Of a DNA stretch of 64,000 bases, positions 14,466-27,100 are shown piece by piece. The notes beneath the pieces are model-generated. The model did not search any database and was not told where the DNA came from. It was given only the letters and a program-made list of their open reading frames with translations. Every line of letters begins with the position of its first letter. Positions within the stretch are counted from its first letter, which is position 1. Made by a program: the position numbers and the translations under genes. The DNA is from the human T2T-CHM13v2.0 reference genome, Homo sapiens. The stretch lies in the NCBI RefSeq assembly GCF_009914755.1, contig NC_060947.1; one strand, given 5' to 3'.

Positions 14466-17400
14466 GCAGAAAGGTAGGAGGCGACAGGTTGGAATGGGAG
14501 AGGGGCGGTGGCTCTGCCCTTCAGATGTCAGGGCGTGTTGGCGGTCAGGGGGAAGTATGGAAGGCACCGGGGCAAACCAGCCAGAAGAGCTGTGGAGCCC
14601 AGGTGGGGAAAGGAAAGGCAGCCGCAGGCTCTCCCCTCCTCCCCAGTCATGATTGCAGGATAGGGTGAGGGGCGGCCCCCTCCCGCCCACGCCCCAGTGC
14701 CTGCCTCCCTTTCTGCAGAGGCCCCCAGGGTGTCCCCTGAACCCTGAGGAATGGAGGGTAATGGGCTGGGGGCGGCCCCGGAAGGCCCTAGAGGAGCAAC
14801 GATGCCCCCACCCTTCTCTTCCCCACCAGTCGGTGGGCATAGGGAGGACGGTTCTCTTCTAGGTTGAGCCCCATATCTGTTCTCAGCCCTCAGCCCTGGG
14901 TCTCTCTGCAGCTCCTGCACAGCCCTTGGCAAAACTGCCTCCTGCCCTGTCTTTGGGGCCAGAGGACTGGTCTCTGCCTGCTCCTGCTGTCCCTTATGTT
15001 CCCCTACCCCTACATGAGGGCACCCCCCAAGCTCTGCATTTGGAGACAGGGAAGAGTGGGAGAGACGCATTCCTACCGTCCCCTCCCCTAGTCTTGCTCT
15101 TCTGCCATGTCAGCCCATGCTCCCTAAGGCCCCTAGCTAGCAAGGCCCTCCCAGGGCCAGAGTCCCATCCTCCAGCCCCAGACGGCCTCTAGAAGCCTAC
15201 TGTGTACTGAAGTGATCTGGGAAAAGGAGACCTGCCTGAGCACACAGCAGCTCTCAGCCTGGGGTGGGCAGAGCAGATGGAGGAGGGGCTTGCAGAGGAG
15301 GCCATTCCCGGGGGAAGCAAGGACGTGTCTGGTGGCCAGGCAACTGAGGTCCCCATCTCTTTCTTTCTCTTTCAGGCATTGGCATTTGTAGGCGGTGACC
15401 CGCCCCTTCTCTGGCCTTGCCAAGAGTCACATCCCTGCCCAGGGGCACCTCTGGCCCTGGAACTTGCCTGGGCAGAGGCAGCGTGAAGGGCCTGAACAAG
15501 AGGAGAAGAAGGGCCTTCCTAGTAGAGGCACAGCATGGACAAAGGCTCACAGGGGTGGGGGTGCCCAGTGATCGAGTCCTGGCTTGGGAAGGAAGGTCTG
15601 AGTTCCCTAGGAACTGAAATCTGCTAGCAGCACTGTGAGAGAGGTGTATTTCCCCCTCCTAATGACAGAGGAAACTGAGGCTTCAGGGAGGGGTGGATTT
15701 GCCCTTGACATGCAGATAGGAGGAGGAGGAACTGCGTGTGCCCCTGGGCCTGCAGGCCCCCACACCCCTCCCCAGTCTTCTTCAAGACCTGGCATGGTGG
15801 GAGGAGGGAGGGGGAAGTGGAGAGGGGAGCATAGGGCTCCTGGGGCACCAAGGGAGAGAGGGGCCCAGGGGTAGGGAATCTAGGAATGTCGCTTTCCTTG
15901 GAGCAGTACGGAAAGTCACAGGGAAGATCAGGAGGACGGACAGCTGAGATGGGAGACAGGAGAGATGAGCCCCAGGACCCCTGGGGAGCCAAGCTGTCCC
16001 CCACATCCTAGCCTCTCACCCCACCTGGAGCTTCACCAAGGGCTCCTCAGCAGTGAAGTGGCACAAGCCTCCCAGTTTGGTGGGCAAGTGGGGGTGATCT
16101 TGGTGTTGTGGCTCCTGGAGACACGACATAACCAGGAGGGTGAAGGGATAAACCTGGGGTGGGCTGGGGCTGAGACCCATGGCATGACCCCAATTCTCTC
16201 TCCTCAAGCTCGACCCCCCATCCCCAGGATCACACAGGAGAATCTCATCCTCACGGCTTGGATTGCTCCTGGGGGCCCCCTGGTGTGCTGCTAACTGGTG
16301 TACAATGCTCAGGAGCAGCCCAGAGGGGAGCCGGGAAGGGACCCTCGCCCTTACCATCTATCCCCATTTCCGCATCTCTTGCACTGGTACCCCGGGCGCC
16401 ACGTTCTCAGTTCCTGGGACTGAAAACTGCAGCAGTCTGGCCAGCTCCAGGGACAGAGTGGCCCAGCCACCTACTATGTACCCTCCTCAGCTGCCCACTG
16501 GACTCAGGTCCTGAATGAAGCTGTCCGCCTGCCTCATGCCAGAAGCGGCTGGACAGTGGCTGCCTCATGACCCTTGCAGTCTCCCACATCCAGGGCCTGA
16601 TGACATGCCCCCTTGTCCCAAGTTTCTTGGGAACCCCTGACCCTGCTGGCCCCTCTCATCCACCCCAACCCTATCCACCCTGGACCACCTCTGGGGGTCT
16701 GTCAGCCTGCTGGTCCCCCCAACAGATCTTTGGGGGCAGCCTCTATGGGACAAGAGTGACACAGGGCTGGAGAAGAGGAGTGAGGAGCCTCCTTGTGTCT
16801 GATGCACAGATGTGGCCCTTTCAAACCCTGGTGTCACCCTCTGGGTGACTGGATCCCCAGCTCCAGCCTCTTCCTGGGCCAGCCAGGAAGGCTGGAGGAA
16901 AGCTCTTTGCTGAGTGCATGCATGGGAGTGTGGGGGGTGACTGAGCCCTCCCCATGCAAGGGGCTTGGCCTGGGACCCTGGAAGCTGTTTCCCTACTGGG
17001 ATAAAGTTGCGTCAGCCGCAGGGGTCTCTGCCCTCAAAGACCCCCCACTGCAGGGAGCCCCACCCCATAAGAGGGTCACGGAAGTCCATGTCCGCCCACC
17101 CCCAGTGGCTTCTGGTGTGGCCGTATTGGCCTAGAGGGGCTGACTGGGGAGGGTCAGGGCCAAGCCCTCAGCATCTGCTCCTGTCCCTGCTTTTTCACCC
17201 CTGCTGCCTGAAGTGGTAGCCCCGCCTGCTGCTTCTCCACCTCCCCTCCCCACCTCTTCTCTCCCAGATGGGGCCCTTGCTGCGTGACGGGGTCTCCATG
17301 CGCTTTATTTATTTGCAGTCTGTTTTCTAGGCGGTGGAGCTAGACACTGACCGGAATGACATACTTTTCTGTGTGTGATTCACTGTGTACTGGTCAGCAC

Positions 17401-19908
17401 AGGCTGGCCAGAGAGCTGTTCTTGTTTCTGGTGTTGTCACGTCTTCTTGTTTTCTCTAAGTTTAAAAAAAAGTCCTTGGTTTAATACACTAAAATCCCAA
17501 CTGGAGGCCTCCCGTGTCTGGTGGGGGTGATGCAGTGGCCCCGGGTGGAGAGGCCCCATGGTGAGGTCACCAGCTCCCATGGCCAGGAGTTGGCAGGGAG
17601 AAGCCTCTGAGGGCTAGGGCTGGGGGAGGCTGTGGCAGGGACCGTGTTTCCTGTTCAGAGGCTGTGCTGAGAACCGACTTGACCTGGACCACTGCCCCAT
17701 GAGAAGCAGGCAGCATCCTAGCCTGGCCCCGAGAGGTAGCTGCTTGTTCTGTTGACAACCTTTGTTCAACGACCCAAAACATAAGTCCCTTTCCTTTTTA
17801 GAGTCTGGCGATCAAAAGTGTCTTAAGTCAGTAGAATCCTGAGGGTGGACTAGGGTGAAGTGAACTGAAACAGACTCGACACAGGTCATTTTGTGTAGCA
17901 CTGAGACTCCTCTCCCTGCCTGAGGCCACCTCCCACTGCCTCCCTACCAGCAAGGTTACTGCAGAATCTTGGAGAAGATAAAGGACCTGGCCCTGGAAGC
18001 CTGCTTCCCTTTCCCAACCTTGGAAGCAAATTCTGTCCCATCAGAGCCCCCCTCCCTAGTGGCTCCCACCAGAGACCTCCCTAGTGGCTGCTGTAAGGGT
18101 TGGCAAGCAGGCAAAAGGCGGGGGAGGGAGGGCAGAGGGTAGTGTTAGAGGAAGCCCCATAGGGCCCCTGGGTGGGGGTGGGGAGGCATCCTGAGGACAC
18201 AGGGCTATGCTCAGACTTAGGAGTGAAGACTGGGTTTAGGGGCCCTGGGGGCACTCCTGTTGCCAAGGGCTACCCAGGGGTCAGAGCATCCTGACAAGGA
18301 GGACCCGTCCAAACGCACTGGTGCTAATGCCCTATGGCATCTGCCACCACAGGAGAAATGGACCCCAGTCCTTGATCTTCCCTCCCCTTTGTCTAGATGG
18401 TCCTCTTTATCCCCACTCCAGGGATCACATGACTTGGCAAAGCAAGATGGGAAATGATCCTCCCAGAGCCTGGCTCCAAGGCTTCTTGAAGAGGGAGGAT
18501 CACCCCTCCCATCCCTGCTACAGAGGAAAAGGCAGGAAGGCCGGTTCTGCTCCGATGGGACTCCAGGAGACCAAAGCCCTGAGCCCTGAGCCCAGCTCTT
18601 CCACTTACTACTGTGTGGTGCCAGGCAAGCTGTGCACAACCTGGAGTTTTTAGTAAGGTTCCGTTGGGATGCTTGTAAGCAGTGAATACGATGATGTCTG
18701 TTCATTGTTTGTCATCAGGTCTCACCTGGAGCAGCCTTGTTACTGTGGGGAAAAGGAACCAAGTGAAGGGAATCGGCCTCTGATGAGAGCCTGCCATGTG
18801 CCAGGCACCATACTAGGTGCTTTGCATTCCTAATCTCATCATTATCACACAACCACCTAACCATTATCCCTGTTTTACAGAGAAACCAAAGACAGGAACC
18901 AAGTCTGAAACAGAGCCCCAAGAAGAAGCTCTTTTCCTGAGCTACCAGTGCCCCTTGGAGAGGCAGGGAATTGGGCTGGAAGAATGGTGGAATGGAATAG
19001 CAAAGATGGAAGATGACCCTGTCCTTTCTGGGTGAGGTCCAGAAGAAATCCAGGGCTTGGATGAGGGGTAGACCTGAGAGCCTTCTCCAAATGGAACTCC
19101 CCAGTGGGAGCAGCTGTGGCCACCCTGAGATGGGTCTACCTGTCTTCCTTCCATTCCACCTCCAGAGATTGATTGGGACCTAAGAGACTGAGTCAGGAGA
19201 GGGCAAGAAAGCAGCTAAGTGGGAAGTTTCAGGGGCACTAGAGCAAATACATTGAGAAATGGGAAATACAAACAGCATGCAAAATCACATCCTACTCCTA
19301 CCCACCCCACTCCCAAGGGAAATTGCTGGGTTTTGGACGAATTTTCACTTTGTGTGCACCTTTTATGTATGTAAAACTACAAACATACTACTTTGAAATC
19401 TGATTCCGCTATTTCATGTTTGTCTTACCATGTTATTATGTATTTTCCTACATCCAAAGCTACCTAGTATCTCTTTTGTATGAAGGTTTCATCATGTATC
19501 CCCCAGTGCCCTTTGGTTGTTTTTCTTTGTTGTCATTTATTTTGGTGGGGGTTGGTTTGCTTTTTGTTGTTGTTTTTCCTTGTTTTTATAAATGATACAG
19601 TGACAGATGCCGTTGTGGATAAATGCTGTGGCATAGTCATCAATTCCTTGATATATATTCCTAGAAAGTGCACCAAAGGGTATGCATGGCTTAGGGCTTT
19701 TGATACTCTCCAGAGTTGGGATACCAAGTCACACTACTCACTGGAGTCAGGATGAGAGTTTTTTGAGACAATGGTGGCAATTCTGATTCAATAGATTAAA
19801 AAATTTATTACTACCTTTCATTGCCTCAAGCAGGGTGCATTTCCCTTCCTTCAAGATCAATATAATATTTAACGCATCACTTCTCTAAAATGTTTCCTTA
19901 AAAAAAAA

Positions 19909-20028
19909 AAAGCCTATAGCACCTGGTATTCCTGGCAGTCTCCCCTCCAAGTACTAACCAGGCCCAACCCTGCTTAGCTTCCAAGATCAGATGAGATTGG
20001 GCACATTCATGGTGATATGGCTATAGAT
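19909..20028 (-). pseudogene. 5S rRNA retro-pseudogene, full length, CpG-decayed
   Basis: Reverse complement of 5S rRNA (AAAGCCTATAGCACCTGGTATTCC...CCAAGTACTAACCAGGCCC...GGCTATAGAT). TSD ATGTTTCCTT at 19890-19899 and 20031-20040. Confidence 0.95.
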
Positions 20029-21924
20029 GCATGTTTCCTTCTTGATCATCTCTACTTTAAGGCTAGAGCTAACTCTGTTTCCTAGGAGAGAGAACTTGAT
20101 CCTTTCCTTCTACTCCACTTTACCTATCCCTGAGTCTCACAACGGGTTTGTCAATCTCACTATTTGATAGGTTAAAATAGTTTATTTTGATATGTTATTT
20201 TGTATTCCTTTGAATACATAATCAGGATTAAATATTTTCATAGGCCTATTGCTTAGTTGTACTTCTGTTTTTAACTATAGGGAGTAATTTTTTAAAAAAA
20301 GGAAATGAGATATGCCTTTTATCATTCAGTGATGGGCAGCAACTTCAGGTGAGGATGTCAGTTTGAACTAACCTGAAAGAACACCACCCTAATCCATTGC
20401 TTCCCCACCTTCTTTTCCAAACACACCATAACAATGGACAACATATTTAAAAAATATTTTTAAAATAGTAGCCATTCTCAAAAGTATAACAGGAAACCTC
20501 TAAGACCCAGAAGCAGAAGGAATGCAGAGCAGTAAATGGGACCTGAAGCTTCACAGCCCTTGGAGGCTAGCAAGGGAAACAGGTCTGAGAAGCCAGGAAA
20601 GAGAGCTAAACTGTAGGCAGGTACTGACGGAGCTAGAACTAGGTGTTCTGTATGGATCTAGGAGGTAGGAAAATGTTTTCATCATGAATGAAAACCAGAA
20701 TATCTTGACCTATCCACCTTGGGTCTCTCCTGAAAGTGAGTCCCCTGCTTAAACCATGGTTTGAAACGAAGTGAAACATCTAGACTCTCAATCCCTAATT
20801 CTGCACTGTGCTCAGTGCAGGGTCGGGATTTGTACCAATATGGAAAAAACAAAAACAAAAACAAAAACTCAAGTGGTGAGTAGGATATGTACATACACAA
20901 AATATACCCCTGGGCCCCTTCAGTTAAACTAAACAACACTGAAGACAAAGGAAATATCCTAAAAGTCACTAGAGAGGAATGACACATTATCCATAAAAAG
21001 AAAAACAAACATAATCCACAACAATGGGTGCCAGAAGACGATGCATCAGTAAGGGTTCAGTTGCAGAAAACAGAACTCACTGTAGCTATTTTAAACAGAA
21101 GTTCAATTGAACTATGGACCAGATGCTTACAAAATTATTTTGAGGCTGAAAGAAATGTAGGTTGGGGCTCTAAAAAACACTCCTAGGGTACCACAACAGA
21201 ACTGGCTCATTAAGGTAGGTAACACTTGTACTCAATTCAGATGGAAGGAAATTGGGAGCCCAACACTGAAGCTGTTAACTTCAAGAACACATCCCTGTAG
21301 CTGTGATTCAGAGATCAGAAATCTGCTGTCATATCACAACCACCTTTTGACACCATGAAGCTAGTTACTACACAAAGGAACACCGAAGCAGGAAAACATA
21401 AAGTCTGCATGACTGTATTCACAAGCAGAAAGACCCAAAGAAGCAGGAAGGTGGCTGCTGCTTCCCATGCATCATTTCAATCTCACCCAAGAGTACCTAA
21501 CTGGTGGGATATCATTCATATTCAGAACCTCCTACTACAGGGTAATCTGAGAAATATAGATTTGGACTTTTCTGACTGTGAAGTCCAGGAAGGTATGTTA
21601 GGGGACTAGGATGGATACTTAGTCTCTATTTTCCATATGTGTCACAATTAATGTCTTCAAAGCATGACAAGATATCTGTAAGCCTAGAACTTATGAAAAA
21701 ATGTGAAAGAGCACCTTCAGACACATAGAAGAACTTGGACATTTCACTATCCATCAACTGTCTCTGAAACAATTACTGAAAAAATCTATGTTAGCAATAA
21801 GAACGAGAAATCCACAAGGAAGGAATGGAAGTCAAGAAATAACAGCAAGTAAATAGTAATTAAAAGGGGTTTAAAAATCTCAACATACATTGATGGTTAA
21901 GCACACAAGGAAGGAGAAAAAAAT

Positions 21925-22125
21925 AACATATTTATTGAGAACTTACTTTGTGTCAGGTACTGCTCTAAGCACATTACATATACTAAATAATGTAATACCA
22001 TGACCCTAAAACAGAAACTTACATTATCGCTGTTTATAAACATGAGGAAACTTGGGCTCAGAGCGGTAAAGAAACTTGCCCAAGGTCACACACCTGGTGG
22101 AGCAAAGATTTGTGACCAGATAGTT
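21925..22125 (-). mobile_element. MIR SINE
   Basis: ATTTATTGAG...ATGAGGAAACTTGGGCTCAGAG...CTTGCCCAAGGTCACAC core. Confidence 0.85.
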
Positions 22126-24165
22126 TTTCTCCTGAGTCTGTACTCTCAGTCTGTACTCACACTTATGAAAAGAAGGATGGGTAGAAGGAAATGTATGGAG
22201 AAGGGAAGGAGAAAAGTTTTATGTGCACTCATAACAAGCTTATACTAAAATTCAAAACAATAACATGAGAATTGTGGAGATAGAGTGCTGAGGGAAGATA
22301 ACATGGGTAAGGCTTTTGTTTTGTCAGGAAGAGAATTGAGCTGCTGAATAATTCGAAAAAATATAATTTTTAGTGTGCATGTTTAAAATTTAAGGTTAGG
22401 AAGATTCTGGGAAGGTGGTGGAGTAGGAATCAGTCTCCCCACTGAGACAAAAATTGCACTGACAGACCCTGATATAGCTGTTTTTGAACTCTTGAGTATA
22501 TTGAAGACTTGCAATTTCCATGGGAAAGTTTGGAGGTAAAGTGTGTTCTTAGTCCACTAGCAACTATCTATCCAGCAGCCCCAGCCCTGTGGCAAGCACA
22601 GTGCTAGGGACACAGCACTGTGTCCCTAGCACTGTGGAACAGTTTCCACACAGCTTACACGAGCAAGGGTGGGCAAAAAGGAACTTGCCCTCCCAAAATT
22701 GCAGATCTGTACTCAGATAGCTGATTGCTGCTCCTGATCACAGACTTGCAGACAAAGAGGTGGGTGACCATTATTGTTGCACCTCTCTCCATTGTTGCAA
22801 GTCCCTCCCCCTCTGGCTGAAGCAACTTCCCAAGATTTAAAGGGTTAGCACCACTTTTCCTTTTCCCTCCTTCATTTTTCCCTTTTCTCCTTTTGGAAGC
22901 CAGAGATTAAAGACTAGGACATTCAAAAACAACTGCACATATGGAGGAAATTAGAAAGTGACTGCACATGCACAGGGGAAGCTGCAGGCTCAGAAAAAAC
23001 CTGAGAAGATCTTAAGTTTACACCCCAGGCTAATCTTTGGCAAAGAAAAAACCTACAGCAATAAAAAGAACCACAATAAATAGAAACAATAACAAAAAAC
23101 AGCAAACACCAAGGAAGGGGAAGAATCTGATTTCCAAAGTTCTCACATTATTATATTCAAATGTCTAATTTTCAACAAAAAATCACAAGGCATACAAAGA
23201 AACAGGAAAGTATGGCACATTCAAAGGAAAAAATAAATCGACAGTAACAGTCCCTGATCTAGTAGATATGACAGCAGATCTATTAGACAAAGACTGTAAA
23301 ACAACTTTCTTAAAAATGCTCAAGAACTAAAGGAAGATGTGGAGAAAATCAAGAAAGTGATGCATGAACAAAATGGAAATATCAAGAAAGAGATAGAAAG
23401 CCAAAGAAAGAAATCAAAAATAAACTGTAGAGCCAAAAAGTACAAAAACTGAAATAAAAAAAATCAGAAGAGGGGTTTAAAGGCAGAATTGAGCATGACA
23501 AAAGAAAGAATCAGCAACCTTGAAGATAGGACAATGGAAATTATCAAGTCTGAGGAACAGGTAGATAAAAGATTGAAGAAAAGATGAACAGAGCCTAAGA
23601 GACTTTTGGACAACACCAAGCCCATCAACATATGCATTGGAGAAGTCCCAAAAGGAAAGGAGAGAGAGAAAGGGGCAAAGGAAACCTTTGAAGAAATAAT
23701 GACTGAAAACTTAACAAATTTTATGAAAGACATGAATATAAACCTCCAAGAATCTCAATGAATGCCAAGTAAGATGAACTAAGAGATACCCCAAAACCAC
23801 AGCACCTTATAATGAAACTTACAATAGGCAAACACAGAGAGAAAAATCTTGAAAGCAGCAAGAGAAAAATGACTCATCACATACAAGTGATCCTCAATGA
23901 AACTGTTAGCAATTTTCTCTTCAGAAAATTTAGATGCCAGAAGGCTGTGAGCTGATATATTCAAAGTGCTAAAAATATGTTGACTAAGAATGCTATATCT
24001 GGCAAAATTGTTCCTCAAATATGAGGGAGAAATTAAGATATTCCCAGATAAACAAAAGCTAATGTTACCACTACACCTGTCCTGCAAGAACTGCTCAAGA
24101 GAGTACTGCAAAGTGAAATGAAAGGGTACTAGATAGGAATTCAAAGCTGTATGAAGAAATAAAGA

Positions 24166-27100
24166 TTCCCCCCTCCTTTCCTCCCCTATTCCCTCTTCTC
24201 TCTTTTTCCCTCCCTTTCTCTCCCTTCTCCTTCATCCTTCCTCTTCCTTCTTCTTCCCTCGGATCCCCCCTGCCTCTGCTTCCCTCCTCTCCTGTCCTTT
24301 CCCATCCTCTCCCCTCTCAACCCCCATCTCGCTCCTCCCACGGCTGTGGTCACATGGGGGCGCCGCGGGATTTAAGCTTAATCTGCCTGGTGCTCAGCAC
24401 AGCAGCCTGGCTGTGGGGCGTGCTGACTGAGCTAGTCTTGGGGTCCTGCAGAAGGGGGCTGGAGGGATGCCCACAGCCACCCCGCCATGAGCTTGGGGCT
24501 GTAGGGGCCACAGGAGGGCCAGCTGACACTGGAGACGGTTATCCGGACACTGGAGAGAAGCGTCCTGGGCCATGAGAAGGGCTTGGGCACGCGGGACCTG
24601 GCCCAGGACCCTCAGACCATCATCCTACCTGCCCGCATCAGGGAGATTGTCACCCGCAACCTCTCCCGGCCTGAAAGCCCAGTCCCTCTGCGGGCCACAG
24701 AGATGGCACTGCTGCTGTCGCTGCAGAAAAAGAACCAGCTGCTGCAGCAGGAGCTGTCGCGCGCGGAGGACTTACTGGCCCAGAGCCACGCCAAGCGTGA
24801 TGAGCTCACCATTAAGCACAATGGGCTGGAGCAGGGTGTGCGTCTGGAGTCTGAGGAGCTGGAGATGCAGGAGCCCGGGGGCTGGTACAGCAGAGCGTGG
24901 AGTTGTGGAGGCAGCTGCAGGAGGAGCCTACCAGGAGGGCCAACAGTGGCAGGCCCAGCTTGTGCAGCAGCTGCAGGCCAAGATTCTCCAGTACAAGAAG
25001 AGGTGCTGGGAGCTGGAGCAGCAGCTGCTGGAGAGATCCAGAGAGCTTGCGCAGCAGCGGCTGAGGGACACAGAGCACAGCCAAGACCTGGAGAGCGCCC
25101 TCATTCGGCTGGAGGAGGAGCAGCAGAGGAGTGCCAGCCTGGTCCAGGTGAATGCCATGCTCCGAGAGCAGCTGGACCACGCAGGATCGGCCAGCCAGAC
25201 TCTGAGTGAGGACATATGAAAGGTGACCAGCCACTGGACACTCAGCCGCAAGGAGCTGGAGCAGCGGGAGGCGGCATGGAGGCTCGAGGAGGAGTCCTTC
25301 AACGCCTACTTCAGCAACGAGCACAGTCGCCTGTTACTCCTCTGTAGGCAGGTGGGGGTCGGGTGACTGGTCAGCGAGGTGAAGATGTCCACCGAGAGGG
25401 ACCTGCTGCAGCTGGGAGGGGAGCTGGCCTGGACATCATACGCTGTCCAGGAGGCGGGCCTGGTACTGAGCACGGGCCTGCGGCTGGCAGAGAGCGGGGC
25501 CGAAGCGGCCCTGGAGAAGCAGGCCCTGCTGCAGGCCCAACTGGAGGAGCAGCTGCAGGACAAGGTGCTCCATGAGAAGGACATGGCCCAGCAGCAGATG
25601 CAAAGCGACCTGGACAAGGCCGACCTCAGTGCCAGAGTGACAGAGCTGGCCCTGGCAGTGGAGCGTCTTCAGAAGCAGAATCTGTAGTAGGATTAGGTCA
25701 AGAAGCCCCTCGGCAAGCCTGAGGCCCTGGAATCCCTGCGGCTACAGGAGCAGGTGGCCCTGGAGACAGAGGATGGAGAGGGGCTGCAGCAGACCCCGAG
25801 GGACCTCGCACAGGCCGTCCTGTTGGACACTGAGACGGCGTCCAGCTGAGCGGCTCCGAGCACACTGCGGACGCGTGCGAAGGCAGCCTGCGGGGCTCTC
25901 AGGCCAGCGGATCCCATCCCCACCCACCGCAGTGCTCCTCACTGGGCAGCAGCCGTTCGCCCCACCGAAGCCGGTCCCTGGCTAGCTCAGACTCCTCCAG
26001 GCTCGCCCTGATTCACTCTGCCCTGCACAAGCGACAGCTGCAGGTCCAGGACATGCGTGGGCACTATGAGGCAAACCAGGACCTGCTGGGCACCCTGTGG
26101 AAGCAGCTTAGCGACAGTGAGGTTGAGCGGCGGGCCCTAGAGGAACAGCTCCAGCACCAGTGGGACAAGACCGATGGCGCCGTGCAGGCCCAAGAGGACG
26201 CCCAGCGCGAGGTACAGAGGCTGCGGAACGCCAATGAGCTCCTGAGCAGGGAGAAGAGCAAACTGGCCCACAGTCTGCAGGTGGCCCAGCAACAGGCCAA
26301 GGACCTTCTGAAGGAGCGTGAGAAGCTGCAGGCTGCCCAGGAGGGGCTGCGGCGCCAGCGGGACCGATTGGAGGAAGAGCAGGAGGAGGCGGTGCAGGAT
26401 GGTACACGGGTGCGCCAGGAGCTTGAGCGCAGCCATAAACAGCTAGAGCAGCTGGAAGGGAAGCGCTCAGGCCTGGCCAAGGAGCTGGTGGAGGTGAGGG
26501 AGGCGCTGAGCTGCACCACACTGCAGCGGGACATGCTGCAGGCCGAGAAGGCCGAGGTGGCCGAGGCGCTGACCAAGGCTGAGGCTGGCCAGGTGAAACT
26601 CGAGCTCTCCGTGACCAAGCTGAGGGCAGAGGAGGCCTCCCTGCAGGACTCCCTGTCCAAGCTGAGCGCCGTCAACGAGAGCCTGGCTCAGGACAAGTTG
26701 GATCTGAACCGCCTTGTCGCCCAGCTGGAGGAAGAAAAGGCAGCCCTGCAGGGCCGGCTGCGGCAGGCGGAGCAGGAAGCCACCGTGGCGCGGGAAGAGC
26801 AGGAGCGGCTGGAGGAGCTGCGGTTGGAGCAGGAGGCGGCGCGGCAGGGCCTGGAGGGCTCCCTGCGAGTGGCAGAGGAGGTCCAGGAGGCGCTGGAGCA
26901 GCAGCTCCCCACGCTGCGCCATGAGCGCAGCCAGCTGCAGGAGCAGCTAGCCCAGCTCTCCCAGCAGCTGAGCGGGCGGGAGCAGGAGCTGGAGCAGGCT
27001 CGGCTGGAGGCACAGTGGCAGGCAGAGGCGCTAGCCAAGGGGTGCACTGGCCTGGTCATGCAGCTGGCGGCCGCGGAGCCTGAAGGCAGGACCCTGTCAG

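Noticed and set aside
19909-20028. Functional 5S rRNA gene
   Set aside because: Single copy with TSD, extensive CpG decay and an internal 1-nt deletion.
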